DNA of 64,000 nucleotides from a virus: IMG/VR virus record IMGVR_UViG_3300012351_000008, positions 1 through 64,000 of that record; one strand, 5' to 3'. The notes beneath the pieces were generated by a model, which saw only the letters and a program-made list of their open reading frames with translations, did no database searches and was not told the DNA's origin. This document shows, piece by piece, positions 29,510 to 40,040 of this stretch (its first letter is position 1; the number at the start of each line of letters is the position of its first letter). Both the position numbers and the translations under genes were made by a program.

Positions 29510-30520
29510 CTACGACGGCTCCAGGTCTTTGATAACGGTTTGTATAGCCGTACCAGCCGATTGTAGCGCTGGTAGAAGACCCTGTAACGTGGTAATGGCG
29601 GCCTGGGTATTGATGGTCACAATGGGGGTTGTAGGGGTCGTTGTGGACGATTGCTTGTCAATGTGAGCCGGATAGCAGGGACCGCTAATCCCTGGTACGC
29701 TATCCATTTCTTTCTGCGGATCATAGGCGATAATTCCACGCTCAAAATGCTGCTGCGTCACTGCCTTGTACCCTGGCATCTTTTGCTCACCACTGGTAGG
29801 CAATCCGAATTGAGAGAGGCCGTTCAGCCCGGTAGCGGTGCAGGTGCGATAGTAGGTCAGGATGCCGAAGGCGATATCGAAGCCAGTGGACTTGCAGTGC
29901 CATCTGGTGTCTTTTGTGGTCCCGGTATCAATGAAGTATTGGCTGGCTTGGCTAATGTCTAACACGGTGTCACCTCCTGCTGATTGTGAGCCTCCGAGGT
30001 AGGCTATCAATTCGTCCCACGGATAGGGACCTGGACATCTGGCACGATTGACTTGATCGAAGTCGGCATGAGACACAATACCCGATTGTAGGTCACCACG
30101 CCGTTTTGCTATGCCGTAGTAGTCGCAAATTGCCTGGATGACCTGGAATGAAGCCTGCTTTTGTGGTTCAGTGAGCTGATCGCTATTGTTCGTTGAGGCC
30201 TTGCAGTGCTCGATTGAAATAGTGTAGTAGTTTGGGTTGATGTTGGCGGGCCAGGGCATTGTAGGTTGATCAATCAATCCATTGGACCAGGCCGCTACAT
30301 CCATGCTAATTCCCTGAACCACTTCACCGTCTGTACCGATGATGATGTGAGCACTTGCATCAGCCGTATCTCGAAAGAAGTTGGCGATGGCCTCCGCACT
30401 GGTGCCTCCTGCCGTACCGTGTAGGCACACGTGGGTTGGTTTATAGCCCTGCCGGTCCATACTCTTATTGCCATAATCAATCTCGGTAGCTGTGTCAATC
30501 CAACCATTAACTATTTTCAA
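29510..30520 (-). CDS. Endolysin, N-acetylmuramoyl-L-alanine amidase (Amidase_2)
   Basis: LHGTAG, SAH, ISIEH, SH.D...CPG; C-terminal FGLPTSGE...QHFERG domain. Confidence 0.9.
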   Translation of the reverse strand: MKIVNGWIDTATEIDYGNKSMDRQGYKPTHVCLHGTAGGTSAEAIANFFRDTADASAHIIIGTDGEVVQGISMDVAAWSNGLIDQPTMPWPANINPNYYTISIEHCKASTNNSDQLTEPQKQASFQVIQAICDYYGIAKRRGDLQSGIVSHADFDQVNRARCPGPYPWDELIAYLGGSQSAGGDTVLDISQASQYFIDTGTTKDTRWHCKSTGFDIAFGILTYYRTCTATGLNGLSQFGLPTSGEQKMPGYKAVTQQHFERGIIAYDPQKEMDSVPGISGPCYPAHIDKQSSTTTPTTPIVTINTQAAITTLQGLLPALQSAGTAIQTVIKDLEPS

Positions 30521-30539
30521 TGCGGCACCTCTATATAAA

Positions 30540-30770
30540 CAAAAAAACCACCTTGCGTTTTCGCTGGTGGCTCACGGGCTCGTCTGTTTGGACAGCCCGG
30601 TAGCATTCCAAAATACCGGGCCGTGGTCCGCTTGATAGCATCGTCGTAGCAAACAATAAAGTAGCGGACCCATGGGCAGTGTAGCAGATTGAGGGGAGCA
30701 AGGCAACCGAGCATGGGGGATGGTTGCCTTGCTGTAGCCGGTAGATGTGTAGTTGGGCGTTGTTGCCTCG
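30540..30770 (-). ncRNA. Structured leader RNA upstream of the endolysin, ending in a GAGCC terminator
   Basis: TGCTATAAT promoter at about 30783-30775, three long hairpins, then a terminator. Confidence 0.5.
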
Positions 30771-30969
30771 AACATTATAGCAAATTACCGGCGCGTACAC
30801 AACCGAAAACGGCGCGTCAGGATGAGCAACAGACGACCTTGCTGAGTTGTGACGACTGATTAGCTTACCGTTCAGAGATGGCTTGTCAGAATGATTGTAG
30901 CGAGAAAGTGGAGAGTGAGGGATGAGAGGGCAATTTTGAGAGAGTGCGAACTATTAGTGTGAAAACCTC

Positions 30970-30998
30970 TTGACAACAGTGTGTACACATTGTATGAT
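30970..30998 (+). promoter_or_regulatory. Promoter with palindromic operator
   Basis: TTGACA-17-TATGAT with TGTGTACACA (30980-30989) in the spacer. Confidence 0.7.
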
Positions 30999-31009
30999 GT
31001 AGACATCAG

Positions 31010-31438
31010 ATGAATGTGAAACAAAGTGAGGCAAGAAATATGGCAAACAGAAAACAGCGCATTAATGTAATGTTAGAAGAGTCTACAGTCGAAGAACTGG
31101 AAAAACAGTATCCAGAGAAACAGCGCAGCGATTTCATTGAACAACAGGTTAGGAGGGGTCTGGGTATGCCAGAAGCAGAAGGGCAAAAAGGATTTGCTGT
31201 ATACGAACGTAGCATTGATGATGGTTTCGGTTCTCAGATTGTCTATGTCAAAGATGGCCGGATAGTGCATCAGTATCTTAGTGCCAGGCAAGGCCACTAT
31301 ACTGGTGATGGCAATCCTGAGTGGATAGGGCAAAAAGTCAACGTCTTGTATGGCAATGGCTTCAAAAAGCTGAGAAGTGCGGCAAGAATTCAAGAAATTG
31401 AGATGGAGTGGTTGCAAGAAGAGGTGCTTGAACCATGA
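31010..31438 (+). CDS. Ribbon-helix-helix N-terminal domain protein
   Basis: QRINVMLEESTVEELE...RSDFIEQQVR; start may be the internal MANRK. Confidence 0.6.
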   Translation: MNVKQSEARNMANRKQRINVMLEESTVEELEKQYPEKQRSDFIEQQVRRGLGMPEAEGQKGFAVYERSIDDGFGSQIVYVKDGRIVHQYLSARQGHYTGDGNPEWIGQKVNVLYGNGFKKLRSAARIQEIEMEWLQEEVLEP

Positions 31439-31650
31439 GTAACGACGAATTGTTTCGTGATGCTGAGTTCATAGCCTCAGAAGCTGAGTTGCACCAACGC
31501 AAGAACGAGCCGCTTAATACAGAATTGCGCTGCTACATTCAGCCGCACACGATGGAACGTCTGCGTGAGATGGTTGAGGAGCGAAAAACGAGTACTGATG
31601 TTGTTGTGAATATGGCGCTACGGGCGCTGTTGTACGATCAAGGATTTTGA
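31435..31650 (+). CDS. RHH-like small protein
   Basis: LRCYI...ERLREMVEER...VVNMALRALL. Confidence 0.5.
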   Translation: MSNDELFRDAEFIASEAELHQRKNEPLNTELRCYIQPHTMERLREMVEERKTSTDVVVNMALRALLYDQGF

Positions 31651-31683
31651 ACGCAGCCAAGCTGCAAAGAAAGGACAGAAACG

Positions 31684-31977
31684 ATGTCAGGTCAATGGAA
31701 TAGTGAAGCACAGCGATACGAAGTATTCTCAACATTAGAGGGTGGCATGGTCCCCACTGGCAAGCCTATGGACTATCAGATGCAGCCAGGGGTTGATTAT
31801 TGTGGTTATTGTAAACACGGTTTTGATGATCAGGGCAATTGTGTTTGCGATGGGCTTGGTGGAGGTCATACGCCTACTTGTAGTTACTGTCACTCCGCCT
31901 ATGATGGCAAAGGCAACTGTAATTGTGATGGCTTCGGCAATGATCCTGAGACGGGCGAGCCATTACCATACGCTTGA
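31684..31977 (+). CDS. Cys-rich protein with a duplicated CxxC..GNCxCDG unit
   Basis: CGYCKHGFDDQGNCVCDG and CSYCHSAYDGKGNCNCDG. Confidence 0.55.
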   Translation: MSGQWNSEAQRYEVFSTLEGGMVPTGKPMDYQMQPGVDYCGYCKHGFDDQGNCVCDGLGGGHTPTCSYCHSAYDGKGNCNCDGFGNDPETGEPLPYA

Positions 31978-32005
31978 GCAACCACAATGCCCACGCTAGT
32001 CTACA

Positions 32006-32040
32006 AGCCGCTTCAGTAGTGAGAAGCGGCTCTTCTATTT
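32006..32040. terminator. Terminator between convergent genes
   Basis: AGCCGCTTC/GAAGCGGCT. Confidence 0.65.
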
Positions 32041-32655
32041 CCCCTGCTCACTCTTCAGATATCTCCTCGCCAGAACCTCTACCGTCACCACAAACGTGAT
32101 CTTAATCACAATCAAGATTCCACCTGCCAACTCACCAAAGACAGTGATCGTGATTCTACTGCTGTACTCCTGCTGCAGTAGTTCATTGGCGACCTGAGAG
32201 ATAGCCAGAAAATACGGTCGCTCTTGCATATGGATAATCTGCGTCTGGACGATATCAATCGTTTGAGGATGCGCAAGAATAGCCCTGACCGCAGCGTCGA
32301 TGCTCACGTAGTTGGTGGTAGAAGAGATTAGTAGTGTTTGTGCGGTGCCAGATAGGTTGCTGTTCTGTAGATTGGCCTGATCACTCTCCCATGTCGGCAA
32401 CATGTTCTGTAGTTCGCTGATTGCCTGAGCATTGTTGTCTGCTGGCCCGTATTGCAGGATAAGTGCGTCTTTGGCGATACGCTGCGAGATGGACTGCTGT
32501 AGCGTAGCGTAGTGGAGGATAGCATCGTTGTTGGAGATGGTGAGTGGAATAGCTTGAAATATCATGATGGCACCAACAGCCACGAATGCGAGCGTTTCGA
32601 TGATGCGGACGAACGCCAGGAAACCTTGAGGTGTACTGAGTAATTTGATCATCAC
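32035..32655 (-). CDS. Two-TM protein with a PilJ/NarX-like extracytoplasmic sensor domain
   Basis: TM - LQQSISQRIAKDALIL helical bundle - TM. Confidence 0.5.
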   Translation of the reverse strand: MMIKLLSTPQGFLAFVRIIETLAFVAVGAIMIFQAIPLTISNNDAILHYATLQQSISQRIAKDALILQYGPADNNAQAISELQNMLPTWESDQANLQNSNLSGTAQTLLISSTTNYVSIDAAVRAILAHPQTIDIVQTQIIHMQERPYFLAISQVANELLQQEYSSRITITVFGELAGGILIVIKITFVVTVEVLARRYLKSEQGK

Positions 32656-32696
32656 ATATTGTTACCTTCCTTGGTTATTTAATGCAATACGGTTAT

Positions 32697-33071
32697 CTAG
32701 TGCAACACGTGGGCCGCGTAGGCTCCGATAATACTCAAAAGAATCGCTATGAAAATACTGACGATGCCAGCCAGGACACGTATTTGCATCTGGTTTTGAT
32801 TTTCCTTCAGTGCCGAGTCACGTTTTTGTGCCTCAACTTCTGAATCGGCTAGTTTTGTGTTGAGATCGGTCAGTTGTGATTTGGCGCTACTGACCTCGCG
32901 CTCGATCCGCTCAACCGTTTCACGAATGCTTCGAAGCTGCAGCTCGTTCTCTTTGGCGGGCACATATTGTTGTAACTGGTTCTGTAACTGCTGCACCATT
33001 TTTTCGAGTGCCTCAATCCGAAAAGTTAGTGTCGATTGGTCCTGCTGCATCCCTTGTTCCTCATGTAACAT
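32697..33071 (-). CDS. Coiled-coil protein with C-terminal TM (XhlA/holin-like)
   Basis: Architecture and position in the lysis cassette. Confidence 0.55.
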   Translation of the reverse strand: MLHEEQGMQQDQSTLTFRIEALEKMVQQLQNQLQQYVPAKENELQLRSIRETVERIEREVSSAKSQLTDLNTKLADSEVEAQKRDSALKENQNQMQIRVLAGIVSIFIAILLSIIGAYAAHVLH

Positions 33072-33126
33072 GCATTATATGATTAAAGTAAACAATCATA
33101 TAATGCATGTATTGTACATATTATAG

Positions 33127-36100
33127 CTAGAACCACACTCGTGCATAATTAGTAAGATTAGGGCCTGTTGTGGCGTCCACGCTGTATAAATAAATTATTC
33201 CGTTTTGTCCCTGGTATCCAGTGGTTGTAACTTTCACAATTGGCACCTGAGAATTAAAGATAGACATTATCTCTGGTAACATGAGTCCCACTGTCGTTCC
33301 CGGCGCAAGTCCAGCATACAACGTCGTCCCCACCAACTCAATCGTGCTATTGCTACCGTACCTCGTGAGCAGGCCATTTCCAAACGCTGTTGCCTGATCG
33401 GTGGTCATACCACTTGCTGTACTATTGAGCGCAGTTTGGATTTGCGCAACGATGCCACTATTGCCTTCAAGCGCGGCCTGTGCTGCCTGACTGCCGCTAT
33501 TCTCGAGGTTGACATTGACGCTAGAAGTGCCGACGTATGTGAAAGAGAGAATAGTGCCAGCAGGAAGTTTAGGAAGCGTGCTATCGTACGAGATGCTCGA
33601 TGAGAGCGGCTGCCAATAGAACTGCCGGTTGTTGTCTACACCCTGATACCCGACCGTCGCCCCCTGTCCATTTACGAGGATGGTCGGCGCGCTATAGACA
33701 GGATACCCAAGCGTCCATGATGTAGTGCTTCCATCAGCCACCTTGATCTCAGTTGGTGGGCTAACGAGTCCAGTTACGCCAGTGATGACCTGTTCATTGC
33801 GGAAAATATCAGCCGAAGAGAGGACCGTCACTTGTGGTAGGTAAAGGAGATACCCGCTGCTATTCGCCGGGTCCGCAACGCTTTGCACTGGGAATGCCCC
33901 TGGACGTGCTAAACGCGGTCCAAAGTGCAGTTGCCGCCACTTGTCCACGTACCAGTAATAGTCTCCGCTCATCTGGACAAGATTGTCCATTTCAGATGAG
34001 TAGTACGCAGCAAACGGTGTAGTGATCGGATGAAGCTGTGAAACTGTCGCCCCGGTGCCGATAGATGGGCCTCTCACGCAGGCCACGAGAGTAAAGAGTT
34101 GAGGCATCATGGATGGGTCACTTGTCGTCATGGTGACTTTTGTGTATAAAACTTGCCCGGTTAAATTGGAGCCTAAAGGCTGTATCCATAACTGGTAGTA
34201 GCGTGATGTACCGCCGTCATTGCGCAATCCGCACTCGCCGGAACCGAGCGCCGACGTGTCCAGGTATGACTGTTTGCAGGTGCCGTCCCAATAGACGCTG
34301 ATCAGCCCTCCTTGCATTGTCACTCTGATTCTGTGGAATGTGCCCCTGGTAAACGTGATAGTGGAAGCGCTTCCAATTAATGACCGTGTGCCACTGGCTA
34401 CTTTGTAGAGTCGTAGTTGATTGGTAAAACCGCCACTAGAGCTAGCATCGTAGACACCTAGCTCATAGTAGTTCGTTGTGCTTACTTCGCGCCATACTAG
34501 TCCACCTGCGTCAGATTCGTCCATATCACAGAGCAGATCCACATCGCTCGTAGAGATAGAGTTGTTAACGTAGAGCCCACCAGAACCACCTGAGAGCGTT
34601 ATACGGCTATTGGTTGTGTCATAGGTAACAGTTGCAGCACTTCCACCGCTCTTGCTGATGTTGGTATAGCTGGCGCTGGTGTTGCTATTGAATAAGTCCT
34701 GCGTGCTGGCTGGCTGATTCGCCCAGTATGTCAGCGCCTCACCGGCTCCGTTGTTCCCTACCGTATGGTAAGTGGAGAGGTCTTGTGTGGTCTGTACAGT
34801 CAGGCTGGTGTTTGTGGGAATGTTGGCATTCCACGCCACATTGTTGCTGGAAACATAACCAACTGGCGAGAGTGAGAGAGCAGGACTGATGCGCGTACCG
34901 GAGACAGTGCCATAATTCCCACAGACACGAGCATACAGACCCATAATAATCGGCGTTGAGATGGGCGGCTTTGAACTAGAAAGGATTATCTGGAAAACAA
35001 GATTGACACTTGAAACAGTAGTTCCTCTTGATAATTGGGGGATTTCAGCGCCGTTTGTACATTGTAGCCAGGATGATCCATTATCAATAGAGGCAAGTAC
35101 AATCGCAGCAGTTTCTGGATGGCCTGTACCATCCAAATCCGACCAGCACACTTGATTGTATCCGCATGTTCCCAATGATGCTAACGAGGTAGATGGGGAA
35201 GTCCAGATGCCAGATGTTGACGCGAGTATTGAAAAGTTCTCAATACTCGCTGTAAACGAGTTTGTCGTATTCGTAGCGCAGCGAAAACCCACTTGTCCGG
35301 CAGATAGGTAGGTATTATCTAAAACGTCTATATCAGGTGTGCTTGAATGATTAAAGTAAACGGTATGTCTGTTTCCTTTCACCACAAGCTTTATGTGATA
35401 GTACGTATTCGCGGCTATCGTTTTCGTTACTTGGGCTATGTTGGTAAACGATCCAACGGTACTATTATTCCAGCTATTATCTGAAAAGCCGACGACTAGC
35501 GTGTTCGCCTGAGAGATTGCTACGTAGTAGGCCATATGATAGTTGGCATTTCCCCAACCAGTTTGCCGGTAAATAATGCCTGTATCACAATAGAAGCTTG
35601 ATGTACTCAGTTTTATATCGGCCTCGATAGTTCCATCCAGAATATATCCTGCAAAATCAAAACGAGACTGACACCACGTTCCTAGAGGGTTAGTACCAGA
35701 GTTTGCACCAGGAGTCATTGAATAGACTCCTCCTGAAGCTGCTTGTGTTCCAGAGTTGGCAAATCCGGCAAAAAATGACTGGAGCGAAAGCGAGGGAGTA
35801 CCGCTCCATGATGAGGCAATAGCATTGGCAGTTCCAGTAAGCGTTAAATCTCCATTTGAATTTGGTCCGATGAGTAGCTGAGTACCCGTATTCCACTCTG
35901 TGCTTGTACCGTATGTCGTAACAATATCACTCACTGTCTGAGCTGCGGCACTATTAATCGTGATCTGCACTTGTTCGAGAGATGGGATAGCAGAAGGATC
36001 AGAGCCACAAGCAAATTGTTCGCGAAGATAGAAAGATAACCCACTCACATTGCCACCAGCGGGCAAACCAGGAAGGGCTTGAGAGTTTTGGCATGTGAGC

Positions 36101-38964
36101 CATGTTGTGTTGTCGTAGGAGGCAAATAATACCATGCCTGGACTTATCCCACCACCGCTTGATGTGGTTGCTGCTGTTGTACCCGGTGGATAAGTTACTT
36201 GAGGCGCGCCTGATGTCGGGAGACTGGCAGTCCATGTAATATTACTATTCTGTACAAGCCCTACCCCTGATAGAGAGTGTGCCGGTGAAATCCTATAACT
36301 TCCTAATGGATCGTAGACCTGTACTACAGATGTGGTAATAGAGTTAGAAACGTAGCCTCCAAATACTGATTGCAGTAGAGGTGGATTGAGTTGTGGAGCC
36401 GTGGCGCTTACGCCAAAAAATGGACTACCACTCTGACTCCCCAGATAACAGTTTTTCCCATACACGGTGTAGGTTCCAGAACTCGAACCTGCCAGGAATA
36501 TATCAACAGCTGTGATGGTTTTTCCATTTAGTCCAGTAAGCGTGATATTACGTGTGTACCATGTATCTTTGGCATGTCCGCTCAAATCTTGCAGACAATC
36601 TACGCTGACACCATTTTGATCATAAATGGCAACTGAATTGTTCAAGCAAAGCGTTCCGATGTGATCGGACAGAAATGACTTATCGCTAAATTCGATATCC
36701 ATTCCGGCTAAGAATTCAGGACTCGTTGAAGAAATCCAGAAGTCATAATTAAAGGTATCGTTCGTCCCAACGGTCATACTTCCAGACCAGATCCTTATGT
36801 AAGCAAGGTTTGCAAAATATTCTCCACTTGTTGCGGTGCCTGTAAAGGGAGAAGAAGCACCGGATGTGCCCTCTTGTGAAATTTGATTTTGCGCAGTTGC
36901 AACCGGGGAAAGGAGAGCTTCAAGTTTCAAAGCACTCTGAGTTGTTGGCGTGAGCATGTTGTTGCTAGCAGTCATATTCGTCAATGTGCCACTACTAAAG
37001 TCACTGGTAACACTCTCAGTCAGCATGAATTGTGTACCGGCACGCACCAACTCTAAATCCCCTGTATTCGATGTGATTGGTGGGGTCGCCGTATTGGGTG
37101 CATAGACAAACGGTGTAGTGGTTGTAGTCGCTACGGTGCCGCTTAACGTACCCTGTCCAAATGTGGCCGGTGTATAATCGGACTCTAACGCGAAGGCCCC
37201 TGTAATGCCCTCCTGGCTAAGTGTCTGTTGCGCAAAGTCGCACACCATATCGCCAGCAGTCCAGTTGAGGTAGTTCGTCTCGTTGGCCCGTTTATCAACA
37301 TCATAGTGATGGTCCATTATCGTTAGTTGATGCTCAAGTTGTGCTGCACCACCAGCAGCCGGTTTGCTCACTTTGTCAGAATTGACGTAGCCGGTGTAGA
37401 GCAACCCTTGATTTGAGTCTGAGAACATGACAGGCATACCGCGCTGATAGGACAGCGTACCAGCAGTATCCTCGACGGTAAGTGTCAGGATCGATCTTTG
37501 GTCGAGCGCATCGGCAAGTGTGAATGACTGATCGCGCACGGGAGCCCCACTGCCACTCTGGAAACTAGATGCCCCAACGAGATTTGAAAGACCTGCAGGC
37601 GTACTAATCATCGTAGGCGCAATGGTGGTGCCATCGTTATATACGCCTTGGCTTGCACTGTTAGAAACATAGATAGTGAAAACGTTGCTTGCCCAGGCCG
37701 TCGTGGTATTAAGTACAAACGCATCCATATACAAAGTGTCACCTGCGACAAATTGCCAGAGCGAAGCCAAAACTGATGGAAGTGTATAGGTTGTTTTCGT
37801 AGTTGAGAATGTTTGACTGGTAATTGAAGAGATGGCAATTGGATAATATGTACCATCCATTGTACGCCGGGACCAACGAGCATAGACCGCGCCGCCGCTC
37901 ATACTTGTTCCTGATTTGGACAGCGTGAAAATACCCGACCAGGAACCGGCAACGATAGTATTACCTGCCAATGAGATAGACCAGCCCTTGCCGGTTGGCG
38001 CTGGAAGGGCAGACGTTGATCCTGGTGTTCCTCCCTGGCTTGTCAATTCCACATAAGCATTCGTGCCCGAGCTCGGAGCAGTGACGGTGAAACTTGTTTC
38101 TGTCCCACCTGAAACCTGAGACATCTGATCAGATTGAGTTAGTCCACCTATGGCGGAAGCCACATTCGATGCGTAAAATACAGCACTTGTTTGCAAGGAT
38201 GCGGACGCCGGGATAGCGCGCGTGCTTGTGAATATAAGAGAGGCTGATGCGGGAATGGTTCGTATACTTGTCGGCGCTAGAAGTGATGCATTAGCAGGAA
38301 TGGTTCTTATTGGTGTGCTCACGAGAGCAATAGCGGCAGGAATGGTTCTGGTAGAGGTGGTAGTACTGATATAACCAGGGGTTGTTATTGAAACGCTTGT
38401 ATAACCAAGCGTGGAACTACTTGACATGTGGACGCGTACATTGCCAGTTGTGCTATTTGTGGTGATATTGAGAGTTACATCTGTATAGGTTTTATCTCCG
38501 GTGGCAAAGGTATTACTTGCAGAAGCCCCGCTAGCCGTAACCGTAAACTGTGTATAGGCTGTGCTTATAATTGTTTGACTGGTGGCGATGCCCTCCGCAA
38601 TGAGTGTGTAGGTGCCCCCGCTTGAACGCTGATAGGCTCGACAGTGGATATCACAGGTAAAGGTGCCTGTGGTAGTTGTCTCAAGTTCAACAGTCCAGGT
38701 CCAAGTGCCACTTTGAAAGTGGTTTCCCTCGATAAGGGTCGTATCCTCTAGCCACCCATGATTAGAGGGTGAGGGTTGCGAACCTGCGCCCGTTTGTGCT
38801 GATGCGTCTCCTTGCGACCATAACTCTACCCACCCGGTTGTACCAGAAGTGAGGTTAGTATTCAGATTGACTGCCGTTGCGCCCGTTGATGGATTTTCTA
38901 ATAGTTTATTTGCTGTACTCAAACTGGAAGCAACGTTGTTTGGGTAGAGTGTAAGAGCCGTCAT
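33127..38964 (-). CDS. Large tail-tip / host-recognition protein (1945 aa)
   Basis: Beta-rich, concanavalin-like inserts (YHIKLVVKG; FHRIRV), YYWYVD..RQLHF hub-like motif, located after the tape measure. Confidence 0.75.
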   Translation of the reverse strand: MTALTLYPNNVASSLSTANKLLENPSTGATAVNLNTNLTSGTTGWVELWSQGDASAQTGAGSQPSPSNHGWLEDTTLIEGNHFQSGTWTWTVELETTTTGTFTCDIHCRAYQRSSGGTYTLIAEGIATSQTIISTAYTQFTVTASGASASNTFATGDKTYTDVTLNITTNSTTGNVRVHMSSSSTLGYTSVSITTPGYISTTTSTRTIPAAIALVSTPIRTIPANASLLAPTSIRTIPASASLIFTSTRAIPASASLQTSAVFYASNVASAIGGLTQSDQMSQVSGGTETSFTVTAPSSGTNAYVELTSQGGTPGSTSALPAPTGKGWSISLAGNTIVAGSWSGIFTLSKSGTSMSGGAVYARWSRRTMDGTYYPIAISSITSQTFSTTKTTYTLPSVLASLWQFVAGDTLYMDAFVLNTTTAWASNVFTIYVSNSASQGVYNDGTTIAPTMISTPAGLSNLVGASSFQSGSGAPVRDQSFTLADALDQRSILTLTVEDTAGTLSYQRGMPVMFSDSNQGLLYTGYVNSDKVSKPAAGGAAQLEHQLTIMDHHYDVDKRANETNYLNWTAGDMVCDFAQQTLSQEGITGAFALESDYTPATFGQGTLSGTVATTTTTPFVYAPNTATPPITSNTGDLELVRAGTQFMLTESVTSDFSSGTLTNMTASNNMLTPTTQSALKLEALLSPVATAQNQISQEGTSGASSPFTGTATSGEYFANLAYIRIWSGSMTVGTNDTFNYDFWISSTSPEFLAGMDIEFSDKSFLSDHIGTLCLNNSVAIYDQNGVSVDCLQDLSGHAKDTWYTRNITLTGLNGKTITAVDIFLAGSSSGTYTVYGKNCYLGSQSGSPFFGVSATAPQLNPPLLQSVFGGYVSNSITTSVVQVYDPLGSYRISPAHSLSGVGLVQNSNITWTASLPTSGAPQVTYPPGTTAATTSSGGGISPGMVLFASYDNTTWLTCQNSQALPGLPAGGNVSGLSFYLREQFACGSDPSAIPSLEQVQITINSAAAQTVSDIVTTYGTSTEWNTGTQLLIGPNSNGDLTLTGTANAIASSWSGTPSLSLQSFFAGFANSGTQAASGGVYSMTPGANSGTNPLGTWCQSRFDFAGYILDGTIEADIKLSTSSFYCDTGIIYRQTGWGNANYHMAYYVAISQANTLVVGFSDNSWNNSTVGSFTNIAQVTKTIAANTYYHIKLVVKGNRHTVYFNHSSTPDIDVLDNTYLSAGQVGFRCATNTTNSFTASIENFSILASTSGIWTSPSTSLASLGTCGYNQVCWSDLDGTGHPETAAIVLASIDNGSSWLQCTNGAEIPQLSRGTTVSSVNLVFQIILSSSKPPISTPIIMGLYARVCGNYGTVSGTRISPALSLSPVGYVSSNNVAWNANIPTNTSLTVQTTQDLSTYHTVGNNGAGEALTYWANQPASTQDLFNSNTSASYTNISKSGGSAATVTYDTTNSRITLSGGSGGLYVNNSISTSDVDLLCDMDESDAGGLVWREVSTTNYYELGVYDASSSGGFTNQLRLYKVASGTRSLIGSASTITFTRGTFHRIRVTMQGGLISVYWDGTCKQSYLDTSALGSGECGLRNDGGTSRYYQLWIQPLGSNLTGQVLYTKVTMTTSDPSMMPQLFTLVACVRGPSIGTGATVSQLHPITTPFAAYYSSEMDNLVQMSGDYYWYVDKWRQLHFGPRLARPGAFPVQSVADPANSSGYLLYLPQVTVLSSADIFRNEQVITGVTGLVSPPTEIKVADGSTTSWTLGYPVYSAPTILVNGQGATVGYQGVDNNRQFYWQPLSSSISYDSTLPKLPAGTILSFTYVGTSSVNVNLENSGSQAAQAALEGNSGIVAQIQTALNSTASGMTTDQATAFGNGLLTRYGSNSTIELVGTTLYAGLAPGTTVGLMLPEIMSIFNSQVPIVKVTTTGYQGQNGIIYLYSVDATTGPNLTNYARVWF

Positions 38965-38975
38965 ACTTTTCCTGC

Positions 38976-39347
38976 CTAAACTGCCTGTAAATCATTCGTG
39001 CGGAATGTTTCGCCACTGTCAGATACAAATAAGTACACAGCCTCGTCACCATGTTTCCATCCGATACAGTGCGTTGTTTTCCCCTGCTGCATACTCTCAT
39101 CATTTGGATTGATAATCACCGTTCGACGCCGAAAGAACACAGGTTCAGCACCTTCTGGAATGGGTATGCGGTATTCCCTGTCATCGAATGGTTCCCACGT
39201 CATCAGGACAATCTCGGAAACAGATTTCTCATCGCGCTCTGCAAAACCACGACCATCGCGCCTGGTATCGTCAAACTCATCGGTGACAGAACCATCCCGG
39301 TAGATAATGCGCCATTGATATGCATCTTTTGTTTTGTTTTGTATCAT
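38976..39347 (-). CDS. Hypothetical protein
   Basis: ORF in the tail operon. Confidence 0.6.
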   Translation of the reverse strand: MIQNKTKDAYQWRIIYRDGSVTDEFDDTRRDGRGFAERDEKSVSEIVLMTWEPFDDREYRIPIPEGAEPVFFRRRTVIINPNDESMQQGKTTHCIGWKHGDEAVYLFVSDSGETFRTNDLQAV

Positions 39348-39375
39348 GTCCTACTCAAATCAAACAATAATTGCA

Positions 39376-39416
39376 AATAAAAAAGCCGATGGCTCTTGTG
39401 GCTCATCGGCTCGTTG
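39376..39416 (-). terminator. GAGCC-element terminator
   Basis: acGAGCCgatGAGCCacaaGAGCCatcggcTTTTTT. Confidence 0.75.
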
Positions 39417-39467
39417 AAATGTGTAAAACTAATCTCTATTATGGCATACAGAATCAATCCTTGGGTT

Positions 39468-39989
39468 TTACGCTTCATCGTAGCGTAAAATAATTGAAGG
39501 TAGTGATATAGCAGAACCGGCACCACCGACATAATTCACATCCACACCCAAAACCGTCACAGCCATGTCTCCGTTTGGCCCTGATGCTGATGTAGCGTGG
39601 CTAGTGTTGTCATAGACAGCGGGACTCGTCGTCATGAGTGTGTAACCTGCTGGCGTGGCCCCATTGGAACCGCTAGAGGCTGGTCTGTTACCGCTCGCTG
39701 CCTGTACGTAGCTCGCCACGGCAACATCCTTCCAGAAGAGTTGCAAGCCTGTTGACGTGGCTCCTGACATGTAGATGTTTCTGTTGGTAATGTTCGTTGT
39801 CCCTGTGGCGGTGACAGATAACGTGAGATTCTTAATCCATGAGAAGTTAGTGCCTGTCGCCGTTGGGATGGAGATAGGTGTTGTTGAGGTTGCACTATCA
39901 GCTAAGTTGAATGTACATCCTGTTTCCACGTTAGCCCAGGAGACTGATGAACCAGTACCTATCTGGGCTTGGCAGGTGGCGGCTCCCAT
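39468..39989 (-). CDS. Minor tail protein
   Basis: Position directly after the tape measure; ends YDEA. Confidence 0.55.
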   Translation of the reverse strand: MGAATCQAQIGTGSSVSWANVETGCTFNLADSATSTTPISIPTATGTNFSWIKNLTLSVTATGTTNITNRNIYMSGATSTGLQLFWKDVAVASYVQAASGNRPASSGSNGATPAGYTLMTTSPAVYDNTSHATSASGPNGDMAVTVLGVDVNYVGGAGSAISLPSIILRYDEA

Positions 39990-40040
39990 ATTGTCGACCT
40001 TTCTTTGCTAATCTAGCATAATTAAACTCATGAAAATACT

